This document shows positions 39,781 through 49,693 of a stretch of DNA of 64,000 bases, piece after piece. Position numbers and translations under genes: made by a program. Numbering within the stretch: the first letter of the stretch is position 1; the number at the start of each line of letters is the position of its first letter. This DNA comes from Smithellaceae bacterium (lineage in GTDB: Bacteria; Desulfobacterota; Syntrophia; Syntrophales; Smithellaceae), in contig CAXXVL010000002.1 of assembly GCA_963667845.2 (NCBI GenBank), forward strand, positions 1,152,001-1,216,000, written 5' to 3'. Under the pieces are notes generated by a model. The model searched no databases and was not told the origin of the DNA. It saw only the letters and a program-made list of their open reading frames with translations.

Positions 39781-42423
39781 TTATTGAGTCAGTATCTTCT
39801 CCAGTGCCGGGAATATTTTATTTAAATTCTCCGGCTGCGTACCTCCGGCCTGGGCCATATCGGGGCGTCCGCCGCCTTTGCCGCCCACGAGGGGGGCCAG
39901 TTCCTTGATGATGTTTCCGGCATGGAATTTCGTGGCGAGGTCTTTGGTGACCATGCACAAAAGCAGGGCTTTGTCATCGGCCTTGCTGCCCAGTAGAATA
40001 ACACCGGAAGCCAGTTTATCGCGAAGCTTGTCGCCGAAGTCGCGCAAGGTCTTGGCGTCGGCAATGCTTACTTCCGCGGCCAGCACTTTAACGCCGGCGA
40101 TGTCCCTCACCTGACTCATCAGATCACCGGAAGCGTTGGCGGCGAGTTTTCCTTTGAGGGATTCAATTTCCCTTTCCAATTCACGTGTCTGTTTCAGGAG
40201 TTTGTCGGCCCGGTCATAAACTTCGAAGTGCCCGGCCTTGAATAGTCCCGCCGTGCGCTTGAGTTCTTCTTCGGCTCTTTGCACATGAGCGACGGCTTCC
40301 TTGCCGGTGAGGGCTTCGATCCGGCGAACGCCGGCCGCGATGGCCGATTCGTGAACCACTTTCAAGAGACCGATATCTCCGGTTCGCTTCACATGCGTCC
40401 CGCCGCACAGTTCCATGCTCATTTCGCCCATTTTCACAATGCGGACAGTCGCGCCGTATTTTTCATCAAATACTGCTGTTGCACCGGTTTTAAGGGCATC
40501 CTCGAGCGCGCAGACCTCCGTTCGCACATCCAGGTTGCGGCGGATCATTCCGTTCGCGATATCCTCCACGCGCTGCAGTTCTTCGTCGCTGATTTTCGAA
40601 AAATGGGTGAAGTCAAAACGCAGCCGTTCGGCTGTAACCTGCGACCCGGATTGTTTGATATGATCACCCAGGACTGCTTTCAGCGCCGCCTGCAAAACGT
40701 GCGTGCCGGAATGGTTGGCGGCAATCGCCTTGCGGCGTTCTTCATCGACGATCAGCTTCGCCGCGTCGCCCACTTTAATTTTTCCTTTTTGCACAATGCC
40801 CTTGTGGACGATGAATCTCTCGATCGGCTTTTTGGTATCGAGGACCGTAAAGCTAAACCCGGCCCCTTCCACATAGCCCGTGTCACCGGTCTGTCCGCCG
40901 GACTCGCCGTAAAACGGCGTGGCCGCGAGAACGATCTCGGCCTCTTGTCCTTCTTCTACGTGCTGCACGGATTCACCGCTGGCAAAGATGGCCGCGATTG
41001 TCGATTCCGACCTCACCACGCCTTCGTAGCCGCAAAACTCCGTGACGATCCCGGAGCTCGATGCCTTCAGGTAGCAGTCCGCAACAGCCTCTTCACCGCT
41101 TCCTTTCCAGTGGCCCCGCGCCCGCTCCCGTTGTTGTTCCATTTCGGCTTCAAAGCCTTCGGTGTCGAGCGTGATGCTATCTTTTTTCACGATGTCCGCC
41201 GTCAAATCGACCGGAAATCCGAAGGTGTCATAAAGCTTGAAGATCAATGTGCCGGGGAGGACCGACTTGCCCGCTTTCTTCAGTGCGGCCGTTTCTTCCT
41301 GCAAAATGCGCAGCCCGGCGTCCAGCGTTTCCATAAAACGCTGTTCTTCATTGAGGATGACTTTGGTGATGAACGATGACTTATCCACGAGATCGGGATA
41401 GACGCCCTTCATCATATCGATGACGACCTGGGCGCTTTCATTTAAGAATGGTTTGTTGATGCCGAGCATCTTTCCATGTCGCGCAGCGCGGCGCAGGATT
41501 CGTCTCAGAACGTAGCCGCGTCCTTCATTGCTGGGCATAATGCCGTCGCCGATTAAAAACGTTACGGCGCGGCTGTGATCCGCGATGACGCGGATGGAAA
41601 TATCATCCTCAAAGTTTTTGCCGTAAGGCTTGCCGGACATTTTTTCGACAAAGCGGATGATCGGCTGAAATAAATCCGTATCGTAGTTGCTTTTGACGCC
41701 CTGGATGACGGCGGTGAGCCGTTCGAGGCCCATGCCGGTATCAATGTTGGGTTTGGGCAGCGGAGTCAATTTGCCGGTCACGTCGCGATCAAACTGTGTG
41801 AAGACGTTGTTCCAGATCTCCAGATGGCGGTCGCAATCGCAATGGACGTTGCATTCCGGTCGGCCGCAGCCGACGTCGACTCCCTGATCGTAAAGAATTT
41901 CGGAGCAGGGGCCGCAGGGGCCGGTTTCACCCATCATCCAGAAATTGCTTTTTTCACCCATCCGGACGATGCGGTCGGCGGGAACTTTCATTTTTTCATG
42001 CCAGATGTTGAAAGCTTCGTCATCGTTTTCAAAGACGGTTATCCAGAGCTTTTCCTTCGGCAGTTTCGCGACGTCAATGAGGTATTCCCACGCCCAGGCA
42101 ATGGCTTCTTCTTTGAAATAATCGCCGAAGGAAAAATTGCCGAGCATTTCGAAAAAGGTGTGGTGGCGGGCAGTGACGCCGACGTTTTCCAGATCGTTGT
42201 GCTTGCCCCCGGCGCGGGCGCACTTCTGGCAGGTGACGGCCCGCGTGTAGCCGCGGTTTTCCAGCCCCAGGAAGGCGTTTTTGAACTGCACCATGCCGGC
42301 ATTGGTGAAAAGCAGTGTGGGATCGTCTTTGGGAATGAGTGATGAACTCGGGACCCGCGTATGCCCTTTGCTTTCAAAAAATTTTAAAAAACTCTCCCGT
42401 ATCGCCTCACCCGTCTTCACCAT
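39781..42423 (-). CDS. alaS: Alanine--tRNA ligase
   Basis: DPTLLFTNAGM, HHTFFEMLGNFSFGDYFK, IDTGMGLER, editing HSGTH and ELCGGTH, GGKGGGRPDMAQAGG. Confidence 0.99.
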   Translation of the reverse strand: MVKTGEAIRESFLKFFESKGHTRVPSSSLIPKDDPTLLFTNAGMVQFKNAFLGLENRGYTRAVTCQKCARAGGKHNDLENVGVTARHHTFFEMLGNFSFGDYFKEEAIAWAWEYLIDVAKLPKEKLWITVFENDDEAFNIWHEKMKVPADRIVRMGEKSNFWMMGETGPCGPCSEILYDQGVDVGCGRPECNVHCDCDRHLEIWNNVFTQFDRDVTGKLTPLPKPNIDTGMGLERLTAVIQGVKSNYDTDLFQPIIRFVEKMSGKPYGKNFEDDISIRVIADHSRAVTFLIGDGIMPSNEGRGYVLRRILRRAARHGKMLGINKPFLNESAQVVIDMMKGVYPDLVDKSSFITKVILNEEQRFMETLDAGLRILQEETAALKKAGKSVLPGTLIFKLYDTFGFPVDLTADIVKKDSITLDTEGFEAEMEQQRERARGHWKGSGEEAVADCYLKASSSGIVTEFCGYEGVVRSESTIAAIFASGESVQHVEEGQEAEIVLAATPFYGESGGQTGDTGYVEGAGFSFTVLDTKKPIERFIVHKGIVQKGKIKVGDAAKLIVDEERRKAIAANHSGTHVLQAALKAVLGDHIKQSGSQVTAERLRFDFTHFSKISDEELQRVEDIANGMIRRNLDVRTEVCALEDALKTGATAVFDEKYGATVRIVKMGEMSMELCGGTHVKRTGDIGLLKVVHESAIAAGVRRIEALTGKEAVAHVQRAEEELKRTAGLFKAGHFEVYDRADKLLKQTRELEREIESLKGKLAANASGDLMSQVRDIAGVKVLAAEVSIADAKTLRDFGDKLRDKLASGVILLGSKADDKALLLCMVTKDLATKFHAGNIIKELAPLVGGKGGGRPDMAQAGGTQPENLNKIFPALEKILTQ

Positions 42424-42901
42424 CTGCTTCTTCCTCCGCTCGCTTTCCTAATTTATTTAAGATCAAGCCCGGGGGGAAACCCCGTCCCATCAGGCTTTGA
42501 AATATTCTTTGTTTTTCTTTGGCGTCAAATGCAGCCGGCTTTTTTTTGGCCGCCCGTTTTTTAATCAGAATGGCGATCGCTTCTTCTTCCGGCATGTCCT
42601 GACGGGCGGAAGCGACGGCGTCATCGATGAGCCGTGCCGATATTCCTTTTTCCTGCAGGCTGGCAATGATTTTTCGATTGCCCCAGAGCTTGTTTGCCGC
42701 CAGATTGCGCGCCCATTGAATGGCAAAAGACGCGTCATTGAGATACTTCAAATCGCAGAGTTTTTCCAGTGCTTCTTTTACGACGGCTGCGGGAAAACCT
42801 CTTTCCCGCAGCTTTTTTTCCAGTTCTTTTACTGAGTGCGGCCTTAAGGCCAAAAGACGATACGCGCTCTGTTTGGCCGTGGCCAGGTCTAAGACTTTCA
42901 C
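42407..42901 (-). CDS. recX: Regulatory protein RecX
   Basis: AYRLLALRPHSVKELEKKL, YLND..FA, WG..KI...L..KGI, LMGRGF; GTG start just after recA stop. Confidence 0.9.
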   Translation of the reverse strand: MKVLDLATAKQSAYRLLALRPHSVKELEKKLRERGFPAAVVKEALEKLCDLKYLNDASFAIQWARNLAANKLWGNRKIIASLQEKGISARLIDDAVASARQDMPEEEAIAILIKKRAAKKKPAAFDAKEKQRIFQSLMGRGFPPGLILNKLGKRAEEEADGEDG

Positions 42902-42902
42902 A

Positions 42903-43919
42903 TTATTCTTCCTGCTCTTTGGCGACGATGCCCAGTTTGGCACGGACATCACTTTCAATCTGAGCCATGATATCCGGATTTTCCTTCAGGAAAACGCGCG
43001 AGTTATCGCGACCCTGTCCGAGCCGGTCGCCCTTAAAGGAATACCAAGCGCCGCTTTTTTCAATGATGCCGTTTTCCGCCGCCAGGTCCAGCACGTCGCC
43101 CTCGCGCGAAATGCCCTCACCGAAAATAATATCGAATTCAGCTTCCCGGAAGGGCGGAGCCAGCTTATTTTTGACTACTTTGACCTTGGTCCGGAAACCG
43201 ATGACTTCCTGTCCATTTTTGATGGACGTCATCTTGCGGATATCCAGACGCTGCGAAGAATAAAATTTCAATGCATTGCCCCCGGTGGTGGTTTCCGGAT
43301 TGCCGAAGAAGACGCCGATTTTCATGCGCAGCTGGTTGATGAAAATAACGGTGGTTTTGGATTTGCTGATCGAGCCGGTGAGTTTGCGCAGGGCCTGCGA
43401 CATGAGCCTGGCTTGCAGGCCCATCTGGGCGTCGCCCATTTCGCCTTCGAGTTCCGCCTTGGGCACGAGCGCCGCCACGGAGTCGACCACCAGAACATCG
43501 AGAGCGCCGCTCCTAACCAGTGTCTCCGCGATTTCCAGCGCCTGTTCGCCCGTGTCCGGCTGGGAAATCAGGAGTTCATCGGTGTTGACGCCGATATTTT
43601 TGGCATACGTGACATCGAGGGCATGTTCGGCATCGATATAAGCCGCGATGCCGTTGCGCTTCTGAGCTTCGGCCACGATGTGCAGCGCCAGCGTCGTTTT
43701 TCCGCCGGATTCCGGCCCGTAGATTTCGATGACCCGGCCGCGCGGAACGCCGAACGTCCCCAGTGCGATGTCGAGGCTGAGCGACCCTGTGGGAATAGCC
43801 GGCACGTCCGCCACGCGATCGTGACTGCCCAGTTTCATAATCGACCCCTTGCCGAACTGCCTTTCGATCTGCGTGATCGCCAGGTCCACGGCCTTTGTTC
43901 TGTCCATATCTGCACACAT
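42903..43919 (-). CDS. recA: Recombinase RecA
   Basis: [61 protein letters not shown]. Confidence 0.99.
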   Translation of the reverse strand: MCADMDRTKAVDLAITQIERQFGKGSIMKLGSHDRVADVPAIPTGSLSLDIALGTFGVPRGRVIEIYGPESGGKTTLALHIVAEAQKRNGIAAYIDAEHALDVTYAKNIGVNTDELLISQPDTGEQALEIAETLVRSGALDVLVVDSVAALVPKAELEGEMGDAQMGLQARLMSQALRKLTGSISKSKTTVIFINQLRMKIGVFFGNPETTTGGNALKFYSSQRLDIRKMTSIKNGQEVIGFRTKVKVVKNKLAPPFREAEFDIIFGEGISREGDVLDLAAENGIIEKSGAWYSFKGDRLGQGRDNSRVFLKENPDIMAQIESDVRAKLGIVAKEQEE

Positions 43920-43983
43920 AATAAGATGACCTCCTTCACCCTGTAGTTTTTATGATGGGTAGGGAACATCGTCCCCTACAGAA

Positions 43984-44565
43984 TTACCCGGCAAGCGGGA
44001 AAACAGCGAGCTTTGTATAGACCGAGCCCCGCGGTGAGAGCTTGCTTTGAAACAAGACCAATTCCTTCCCGGAAAAGTCACCGCCAGCAAACGATCTGTA
44101 TTTGGTCAGGGCATTGTCGATGCCTGATACATCGCGGGGGTCTTTGATCCGGCAAAGCGTCAAATGAGCCCGAAACGGCCTGTCCTCCGCCGGAAAACCA
44201 AGGTCTGCAAAATCACCGTCCAGCTGTTTCTGAAGGGCAGAAAGTTTTTCGATATCGCCCGAAACGCTGCACCAGAGAACCCGGGGCCTGTGCGGATTCG
44301 GAAAAACGCCCGGCTCTCCGATGTTCAGATTCAGGGGCCGGTGTGTCCGCGCCCGGTTGTCCACGGCGGAGCTGATGCGTTTCACATCCTCCCCGGAAAC
44401 ATTCCCGAAAAACTTCAGCGTCAGGTGCTGCCCCTGCGGTTGTGTCCATCTGATCGGGCCGCCGAGGTCCCGCTTTAATTTTTCCTGAAGACGCGACACG
44501 GCGTCGAGGACATCCTCCGGAATCTCCAGAGCGAGAAAAGCGCGGATATTCTTTTCGTCCGGCAT
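43984..44565 (-). CDS. thpR: RNA 2',3'-cyclic phosphodiesterase (2'-5' RNA ligase family)
   Basis: RAFLA, two HxT motifs (HLTLKF, HLTLCR), PRVLW. Confidence 0.93.
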   Translation of the reverse strand: MPDEKNIRAFLALEIPEDVLDAVSRLQEKLKRDLGGPIRWTQPQGQHLTLKFFGNVSGEDVKRISSAVDNRARTHRPLNLNIGEPGVFPNPHRPRVLWCSVSGDIEKLSALQKQLDGDFADLGFPAEDRPFRAHLTLCRIKDPRDVSGIDNALTKYRSFAGGDFSGKELVLFQSKLSPRGSVYTKLAVFPLAG

Positions 44566-44568
44566 AAA

Positions 44569-45816
44569 CTATTTTTTCTCCTGCAAATAGTTCTTGAGCA
44601 TCATGAGCGCCGCTTCGGCGGAAACCATTTTGTTTCTTTTGCGGTCCCAGCGGTAGGCATAATGACGGCAGATGGTCCGAACCCCGTCGGACAGGGCTAT
44701 ATAAACGGTGCCGACAGGTTTTTCCTTGCTTCCGCCGGCAGGTCCCGCGATGCCCGTGGAAGATAACCCCAGAGTGGTTCCGGCAAGTTTTCGCACGCCT
44801 TCGGCCATCAGGCGCGCCGTTTCTTCGCTCACGGCCCCATGCGCTTCGATGATGCCGGCCCCAACGCCGAGCATACTGATTTTGGCTTCGTTGGAGTACG
44901 TCACCAGACCGCGTTCAAAATAGACGGAACTGCCGGGAACATCCGTCAGACGATCGGCGATGAGTCCTCCCGTGCAGGATTCCGCCACGGCGATGGTCAG
45001 TTTCTTATCCGTCAGCTCTGCGGCTACGATCTCTTCCAGGGTCTGATCGCCGTAGCCAAAAATGTAGTCCTGGAGACGCGCCGTTACTTCATCCTTGGCC
45101 GCTTGCAGACTCTTTTGCGCCTGTTCCGGGGTGTCGGCGCGCGCAATGAGCACGAGATGGTTCTCGGGGAATACAGGATAGAAACCGACGGCTACTCCCA
45201 GGGCATTAAAATTAATCTCGGCGAGCTTTTCGTCCACCGCCGCCTCGGAAAGGCCGAAGGTTTTGATCGTTTGTTTGACCGTATGCAAAACGGGTTCGGG
45301 GAAGTATCGCTGCAGGATAGGAATAACGCCTTGGGGCACCATCCGGCGCGTTTCGGAAGGGACGCCGGGAACGACGATAATCAGCTTGCCTGTTATCCGC
45401 AGTGCAAAGCCGGCAGCGGTGCCGACGGGATTGGCAATCACCTCGGCGCCCTCGGGAAACATGGCCTGTTTTGCGTTGTTCTCGGTCCAGCGCAGATTAT
45501 ACCGCGCAAAGATTTCTTTCAGGTAGAGCAGGACTTTCTCATCCGTATACAGAGGAAGGCCAAACGCCTGGGCTACCGCCATTGTCGTAATGTCATCGGC
45601 CGTCGGTCCCAGGCCGCCGGTGCAAATCACCGCGTCGGTAAAGCTCAGCAGATAGTTGAGACGGCACTTGATTGTGGCGAAATCATCACCGACCGACATC
45701 ATGACTTCGACCGGCCAGCCCTGCAGGTTAATTTCGCGCGCGATAAATGATGAATTCGTATCGGCCGTGCGCCCGCTCATCAATTCATTGCCAATGGTTA
45801 GAATTCCTACCTTCAT
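44569..45816 (-). CDS. cinA: Competence/damage-inducible protein CinA (MocF + NMN deamidase)
   Basis: IGNELMSG..DTN, TGGLGPTADDIT, AESCTGG, YSNEAK, HGAVSEE, TGIAGP.GG..KPVG. Confidence 0.96.
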   Translation of the reverse strand: MKVGILTIGNELMSGRTADTNSSFIAREINLQGWPVEVMMSVGDDFATIKCRLNYLLSFTDAVICTGGLGPTADDITTMAVAQAFGLPLYTDEKVLLYLKEIFARYNLRWTENNAKQAMFPEGAEVIANPVGTAAGFALRITGKLIIVVPGVPSETRRMVPQGVIPILQRYFPEPVLHTVKQTIKTFGLSEAAVDEKLAEINFNALGVAVGFYPVFPENHLVLIARADTPEQAQKSLQAAKDEVTARLQDYIFGYGDQTLEEIVAAELTDKKLTIAVAESCTGGLIADRLTDVPGSSVYFERGLVTYSNEAKISMLGVGAGIIEAHGAVSEETARLMAEGVRKLAGTTLGLSSTGIAGPAGGSKEKPVGTVYIALSDGVRTICRHYAYRWDRKRNKMVSAEAALMMLKNYLQEKK

Positions 45817-46280
45817 AAGACCCCTGTAAGTGTGAATATAAGCATTATGCTTCCGGCATAAATTCCGGCGCCGAGGTCATCGGCCACCACGCCCCAGCCT
45901 CCGGGTAAATTCTGAAGACGTCCCAGTGGGAAAGGCTTCCAGATATCGAATATACGAAACAGGACAAAAGCGATGCACAGGTGGAGGCCCGTAATGGCCA
46001 CGGGCAGCATGGTCACCTGGAGGCCGGCAATTTCATCAATCACGATCCGCTGGTCGTCTGTTTTTCCGAAAAGAATCTCAGCCTGACCTGCAACATAAAT
46101 AGACAGAGCCGTTATTGCAACTACAAAAAGGAGGCGTAAAGGCCAGGCCAGGGGATAACAAACCAGACAAATGAACACCCCGACTAAAGTGCCGGCCGTT
46201 CCCGGAGCGACGGGCGACAGGCCGGCGCCGAATCCCGTTGCCAGTATTTTGATGGTGTTGCTCTTTCGCGTGGCCGTCAT
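45813..46280 (-). CDS. pgpA: Phosphatidylglycerophosphatase A
   Basis: GAGLSPVAPGTAGT, D...IVIDE..G, FRIFDIWKPFP, GGWGVVADD. Confidence 0.95.
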   Translation of the reverse strand: MTATRKSNTIKILATGFGAGLSPVAPGTAGTLVGVFICLVCYPLAWPLRLLFVVAITALSIYVAGQAEILFGKTDDQRIVIDEIAGLQVTMLPVAITGLHLCIAFVLFRIFDIWKPFPLGRLQNLPGGWGVVADDLGAGIYAGSIMLIFTLTGVL

Positions 46281-46408
46281 ACAGACCTTTTATAATATTA
46301 TTTATTATCAATGAGTTAGGTTCTGGAAAGTTAGCTTCTTTTTTACGGGGTGTCAAACATCTTTTCGCCAAAACCCGCTTTCCCCCCAAAAATAACCAGA
46401 CCCTGACA

Positions 46409-46426
46409 ATAGAACGTACGTTCTAT
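46409..46426. promoter_or_regulatory. Putative LexA (SOS) box, GAAC-N4-GTTC type, overlapping a leftward promoter of the recA operon
   Basis: Perfect 18-bp palindrome ATAGAACGTACGTTCTAT; minus-strand TTGACA at 46449..46444 places the -10 region within it. Confidence 0.7.
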
Positions 46427-46537
46427 ATCATATTCGCCGGGGATGTCAAGCAATCTGTAAAGGCATGAATCAAAAATTGGCAGACTCCACATTATATGCT
46501 AAGAAAGAGGGACAATAATGGAAAGCGCAAAGAAAAT

Positions 46538-47035
46538 ATGACCATACCCATTGTATCCATCGTCGGCAAGTCCAATTCCGGCAAGACAACCCTTCTCGAA
46601 AAAATTATTTCCGATCTGGTCGGAAGGGGGTACCGTGTCGCAACCATCAAGCATAACAGGCACGGGTTTAACATTGATCATGAAGGTAAGGACAGTCACC
46701 GGCATAAAAAGGCGGGCGCGCAGATGACTGTCGTGTCATCGCCGCACCAGCTGGCCCTGATTTCGGACGTTGATCATGATTATTCATTTGCAGAAATCCG
46801 CGACAGATACATTTCCGGCGTCGATATTATCCTAACTGAAGGATTTAAGATTAACGACTATCCCAAAATTGAAGTCTACCGGTCCGAACTCAAACGTGAT
46901 CTTTTAAGCACAAAAGAAGACGGCTTGATTGCGGTGGCCACGGATACCCAATTGGATATCGGCGTACCCTCTCTGGACATCAACGACCCAAAATCAATAA
47001 CGGATTTTATTGAGAAGAAGTTCCTGCGAGCGTAG
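46538..47035 (+). CDS. mobB: Molybdopterin-guanine dinucleotide biosynthesis protein B
   Basis: VGKSNSGKTTL, VATIKH, D.EGKDS.RH..AGA, DIILTEGFK, PKIEVYR. Confidence 0.94.
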   Translation: MTIPIVSIVGKSNSGKTTLLEKIISDLVGRGYRVATIKHNRHGFNIDHEGKDSHRHKKAGAQMTVVSSPHQLALISDVDHDYSFAEIRDRYISGVDIILTEGFKINDYPKIEVYRSELKRDLLSTKEDGLIAVATDTQLDIGVPSLDINDPKSITDFIEKKFLRA

Positions 47036-47079
47036 GATCGCATGCCGATTTGTTGCCGGCTTCCGCAGCTGACGACAAA

Positions 47080-47667
47080 TCAAACCCGCTCCCTATTATA
47101 AATAAATTTGCGTATTTCCGGCTGGCCGAGGAAATTAACTTCGACATGACGCAATCCTTCCCCATCTGTCCATGAGCGCAGTATTTTGCCGTCGGCAGTT
47201 GTTTCCCCTTTTTCAAAGCTGAATTTCACCTGGACAAAGGATCCGATTGCCGGAGATGCCGAATCGGTGTCCTGCAGGACCAGATGAGTTCCTCCTCCGG
47301 ATATGTCAACGATCTTAATTTCCTGATCACCGCAGTAAGCGTGAAGTTCGGGCAATACGTCGAAATGGACTCGCGGCCACAGACGCAGATCGCAAACAAA
47401 AGGCTTTGTGAATTGCCTGAGGAAGATTTGCTGATCGGCGGTAATGTTTTCAATTCTGGCCTGAAATCCCAGCCGCCGGTTTTTTTGCTTTTCCGCACAA
47501 TAGGTAAAGAAGACCAGGGATCTCAGTGCTGAATCGTCGATCGGGGGATTCGTTTGTTCGATAACGACCCGGCCGTCGTCGAGATGCGTGATAAAAGTCG
47601 AACGGCGGACATCATCTGCTGTGAGTCGCAAATAGATTTCATCATTTGGCCTGATATCTAAAATCAT
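47080..47667 (-). CDS. PilZ-domain protein (putative c-di-GMP receptor)
   Basis: RxxxR (RLWPR) and DxSxxG (DISGGG) motifs in the C-terminal half. Confidence 0.75.
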   Translation of the reverse strand: MILDIRPNDEIYLRLTADDVRRSTFITHLDDGRVVIEQTNPPIDDSALRSLVFFTYCAEKQKNRRLGFQARIENITADQQIFLRQFTKPFVCDLRLWPRVHFDVLPELHAYCGDQEIKIVDISGGGTHLVLQDTDSASPAIGSFVQVKFSFEKGETTADGKILRSWTDGEGLRHVEVNFLGQPEIRKFIYNRERV

Positions 47668-47912
47668 AAAACATTTCCTCTTCCAAAAGCTTGGCTTCTT
47701 TTGCGAACGGTGTCCGCCTGAGCATTTATCCCGTCAGGACTGCGTGACGTTTTCACTAATACTGTGGCGATGAAAATACCACGATATTCAGGAAAAAAAT
47801 ATATAAATGTTAAAAATAACCGCAGAAACAAATAATGGACAGACACCGATGACTCGTGTAGATTTCACCTCCGGTTACGTAATAATTCGCTAGTTATTAA
47901 CGAAGTCAGCCC

Positions 47913-48005
47913 CCTCGCAGCAAGCCGTCGAGGTATGAAATGATGTTATTATTTCGCAGCAAGCTACGGAGAATTGACGCTCGTCCCGCGTGAGCGGGAT
48001 TAAAT
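47913..48005 (+). repeat. Dispersed ~93-bp multi-hairpin repeat, copy 2
   Basis: CCTCGCAGCAAGCCGTCGAGG...TTCGCAGCAAGCTACGGA...TCCCGCGTGAGCGGGATTAAAT; matches the reverse complement of 32615..32708. Confidence 0.88.
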
Positions 48006-48086
48006 GACTTCACGCCCGGATTTGATCCACTTTGCGACACGGGAGTTGTGTATTCGGGAAGGGAAGAAACAGGCGAAGGTCCGGCT

Positions 48087-49349
48087 ATGAAGAGCGATCG
48101 GAAAGAGATTGATGAAGGGACCGGATACATAGGTTACCGGGAAGCCTTTGATACGGTATCGGCAAATGTCCGTTCGGTGGGAGACGAGCTGCTTTCGCTC
48201 GAGAGGTGCATAGGTCGGGTTGCGGCCGCTGATCTCATCGCCCGGGTGAGTTATCCTTCTGTAGATGTCTCACTCAAAGACGGTTATGCCGTGCTGTCTG
48301 CGGATATCGCTTCGGCAGACAGACAAAAACCCGTTCACCTGAAAGTTGCCGGTTCGGCATTTGCCGGAGTGCGATATGAGGGGCGAATAGAAACCGGTGG
48401 GGCAGTCAAGGTGTGCTCCGGTGCGCCGCTGCCTGACGGAGCGGATGCCGTGGTTGCCGGTGAGTTTTGCGAGGGAAGCTCGCCGGACAAAGTAATTATC
48501 AGCGCGGATGCCGGACCGGGACGAAATATTCTGCAAGCGGGTTCGGAGGTGGCAGCCGGGGCCACGATTGTCCGCATGGGTGAAAGGCTCTTGCCCGGAT
48601 CTCTGGGGCTGGCTGCGGCGGCAGGCTTGACCCATGTAAAGGTTTACCGCCGGCCGCGTGTGGCAATCATCAGTATCGGCGACGAGGTTGTGGCGCCGGG
48701 TGAAAAACTGCATGTCGGTCAGCTTTACGCCAGCAATCTGGTCACGATGCAGTCGTGGCTCAATTCTTTCGGTATTTCCTGCGCTGCTTCCATTGTTGCC
48801 GATCAGGAAGCTTCCCTCGGGAGGGAGATGCTTACGCAATTGCCTCACGTCGATGCCATTCTCACCAGCGGCGGCGCCTGGGGCAGCGAGCGCGACCTGG
48901 TCATCGGGACATTGAACAGACTGGGATGGCAGAAGCTGTTCCACTATGTGCGCATGGGGCCCGGAAAGGGTATCGCCTTCGGTCTCTGGGAAAACGTGCC
49001 GGTATTTTGTCTGCCGGGCGGACCGACCAGCAATCAGATGGCCTTCCTGCAACTGGCATTGCCCGGCCTTCTGCGCATGGGCGGCGATCACCGGCACCCA
49101 TTACCGACGCTGCCGGCCAGGCTTACCGAAGCTGCGAAAGGCCGTCATCCGGCGTGGACGGAATTTAAGGACGCCGTCGTCACTCATGATGACGAGGGCC
49201 GCTACAGCGTATCGCTCTATAAAAGCAGCAGCCGCTTACAGGCAATTGCCCGCGCCGGCGGCCTCATCTGCATTCCCGAGGGAAGAGACGCTTTGCAAAG
49301 TGGTGAGGTTGTGCCGGTTCAGTTGCTCACAGGGCGGTTTGATGACTGA
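48087..49349 (+). CDS. moeA: Molybdopterin molybdotransferase MoeA (divergent)
   Basis: GRVAA, DGYAV, SGAPLPDGADAVV, RPRVAIISIGDE, TSGG, PGKG, VFCLPG.P. Confidence 0.9.
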   Translation: MKSDRKEIDEGTGYIGYREAFDTVSANVRSVGDELLSLERCIGRVAAADLIARVSYPSVDVSLKDGYAVLSADIASADRQKPVHLKVAGSAFAGVRYEGRIETGGAVKVCSGAPLPDGADAVVAGEFCEGSSPDKVIISADAGPGRNILQAGSEVAAGATIVRMGERLLPGSLGLAAAAGLTHVKVYRRPRVAIISIGDEVVAPGEKLHVGQLYASNLVTMQSWLNSFGISCAASIVADQEASLGREMLTQLPHVDAILTSGGAWGSERDLVIGTLNRLGWQKLFHYVRMGPGKGIAFGLWENVPVFCLPGGPTSNQMAFLQLALPGLLRMGGDHRHPLPTLPARLTEAAKGRHPAWTEFKDAVVTHDDEGRYSVSLYKSSSRLQAIARAGGLICIPEGRDALQSGEVVPVQLLTGRFDD

Positions 49350-49693
49350 TATATTTTTCAACAATCAATAAATCCTCTCCCCGACATCATGGCGGTAAAA
49401 GGTAAAAGAGGCCGGTTTCAGAATTGAACCGGGCTAAACTTCTTTATCGTTTGCCCGAGGGATTTGAGGTCCATAGGCCGGCACCAGCCGACTAAACCGA
49501 TCACATTATGAATTAGTCCCGCATCAGGCGTTTGTCTTATCCCGCGTCTAAGTGCATTGTGAATCCAATATTGAAGAAATTATAAAGCGTGTCATTTTTG
49601 AATGCGGCCATAGGAATCAAGGGATTGATTTTAGTTCCCCAAACATGGGGGCATAAACAGACAGAAATTTACACCCCCATGCTTGAAGTGCAT

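Noticed and set aside
43958..43980. GAACATCGTCCC immediately upstream of recA as a second SOS box
   Set aside because: The right half-site does not match GTTC at N4 spacing.
49350..49693. 340-bp gap between convergent moeA and rhodanese with small hairpins and a GLVGWC peptide on the minus strand
   Set aside because: No coherent ORF or recognisable RNA motif; the resemblance to a DUF2892 remnant is too weak.
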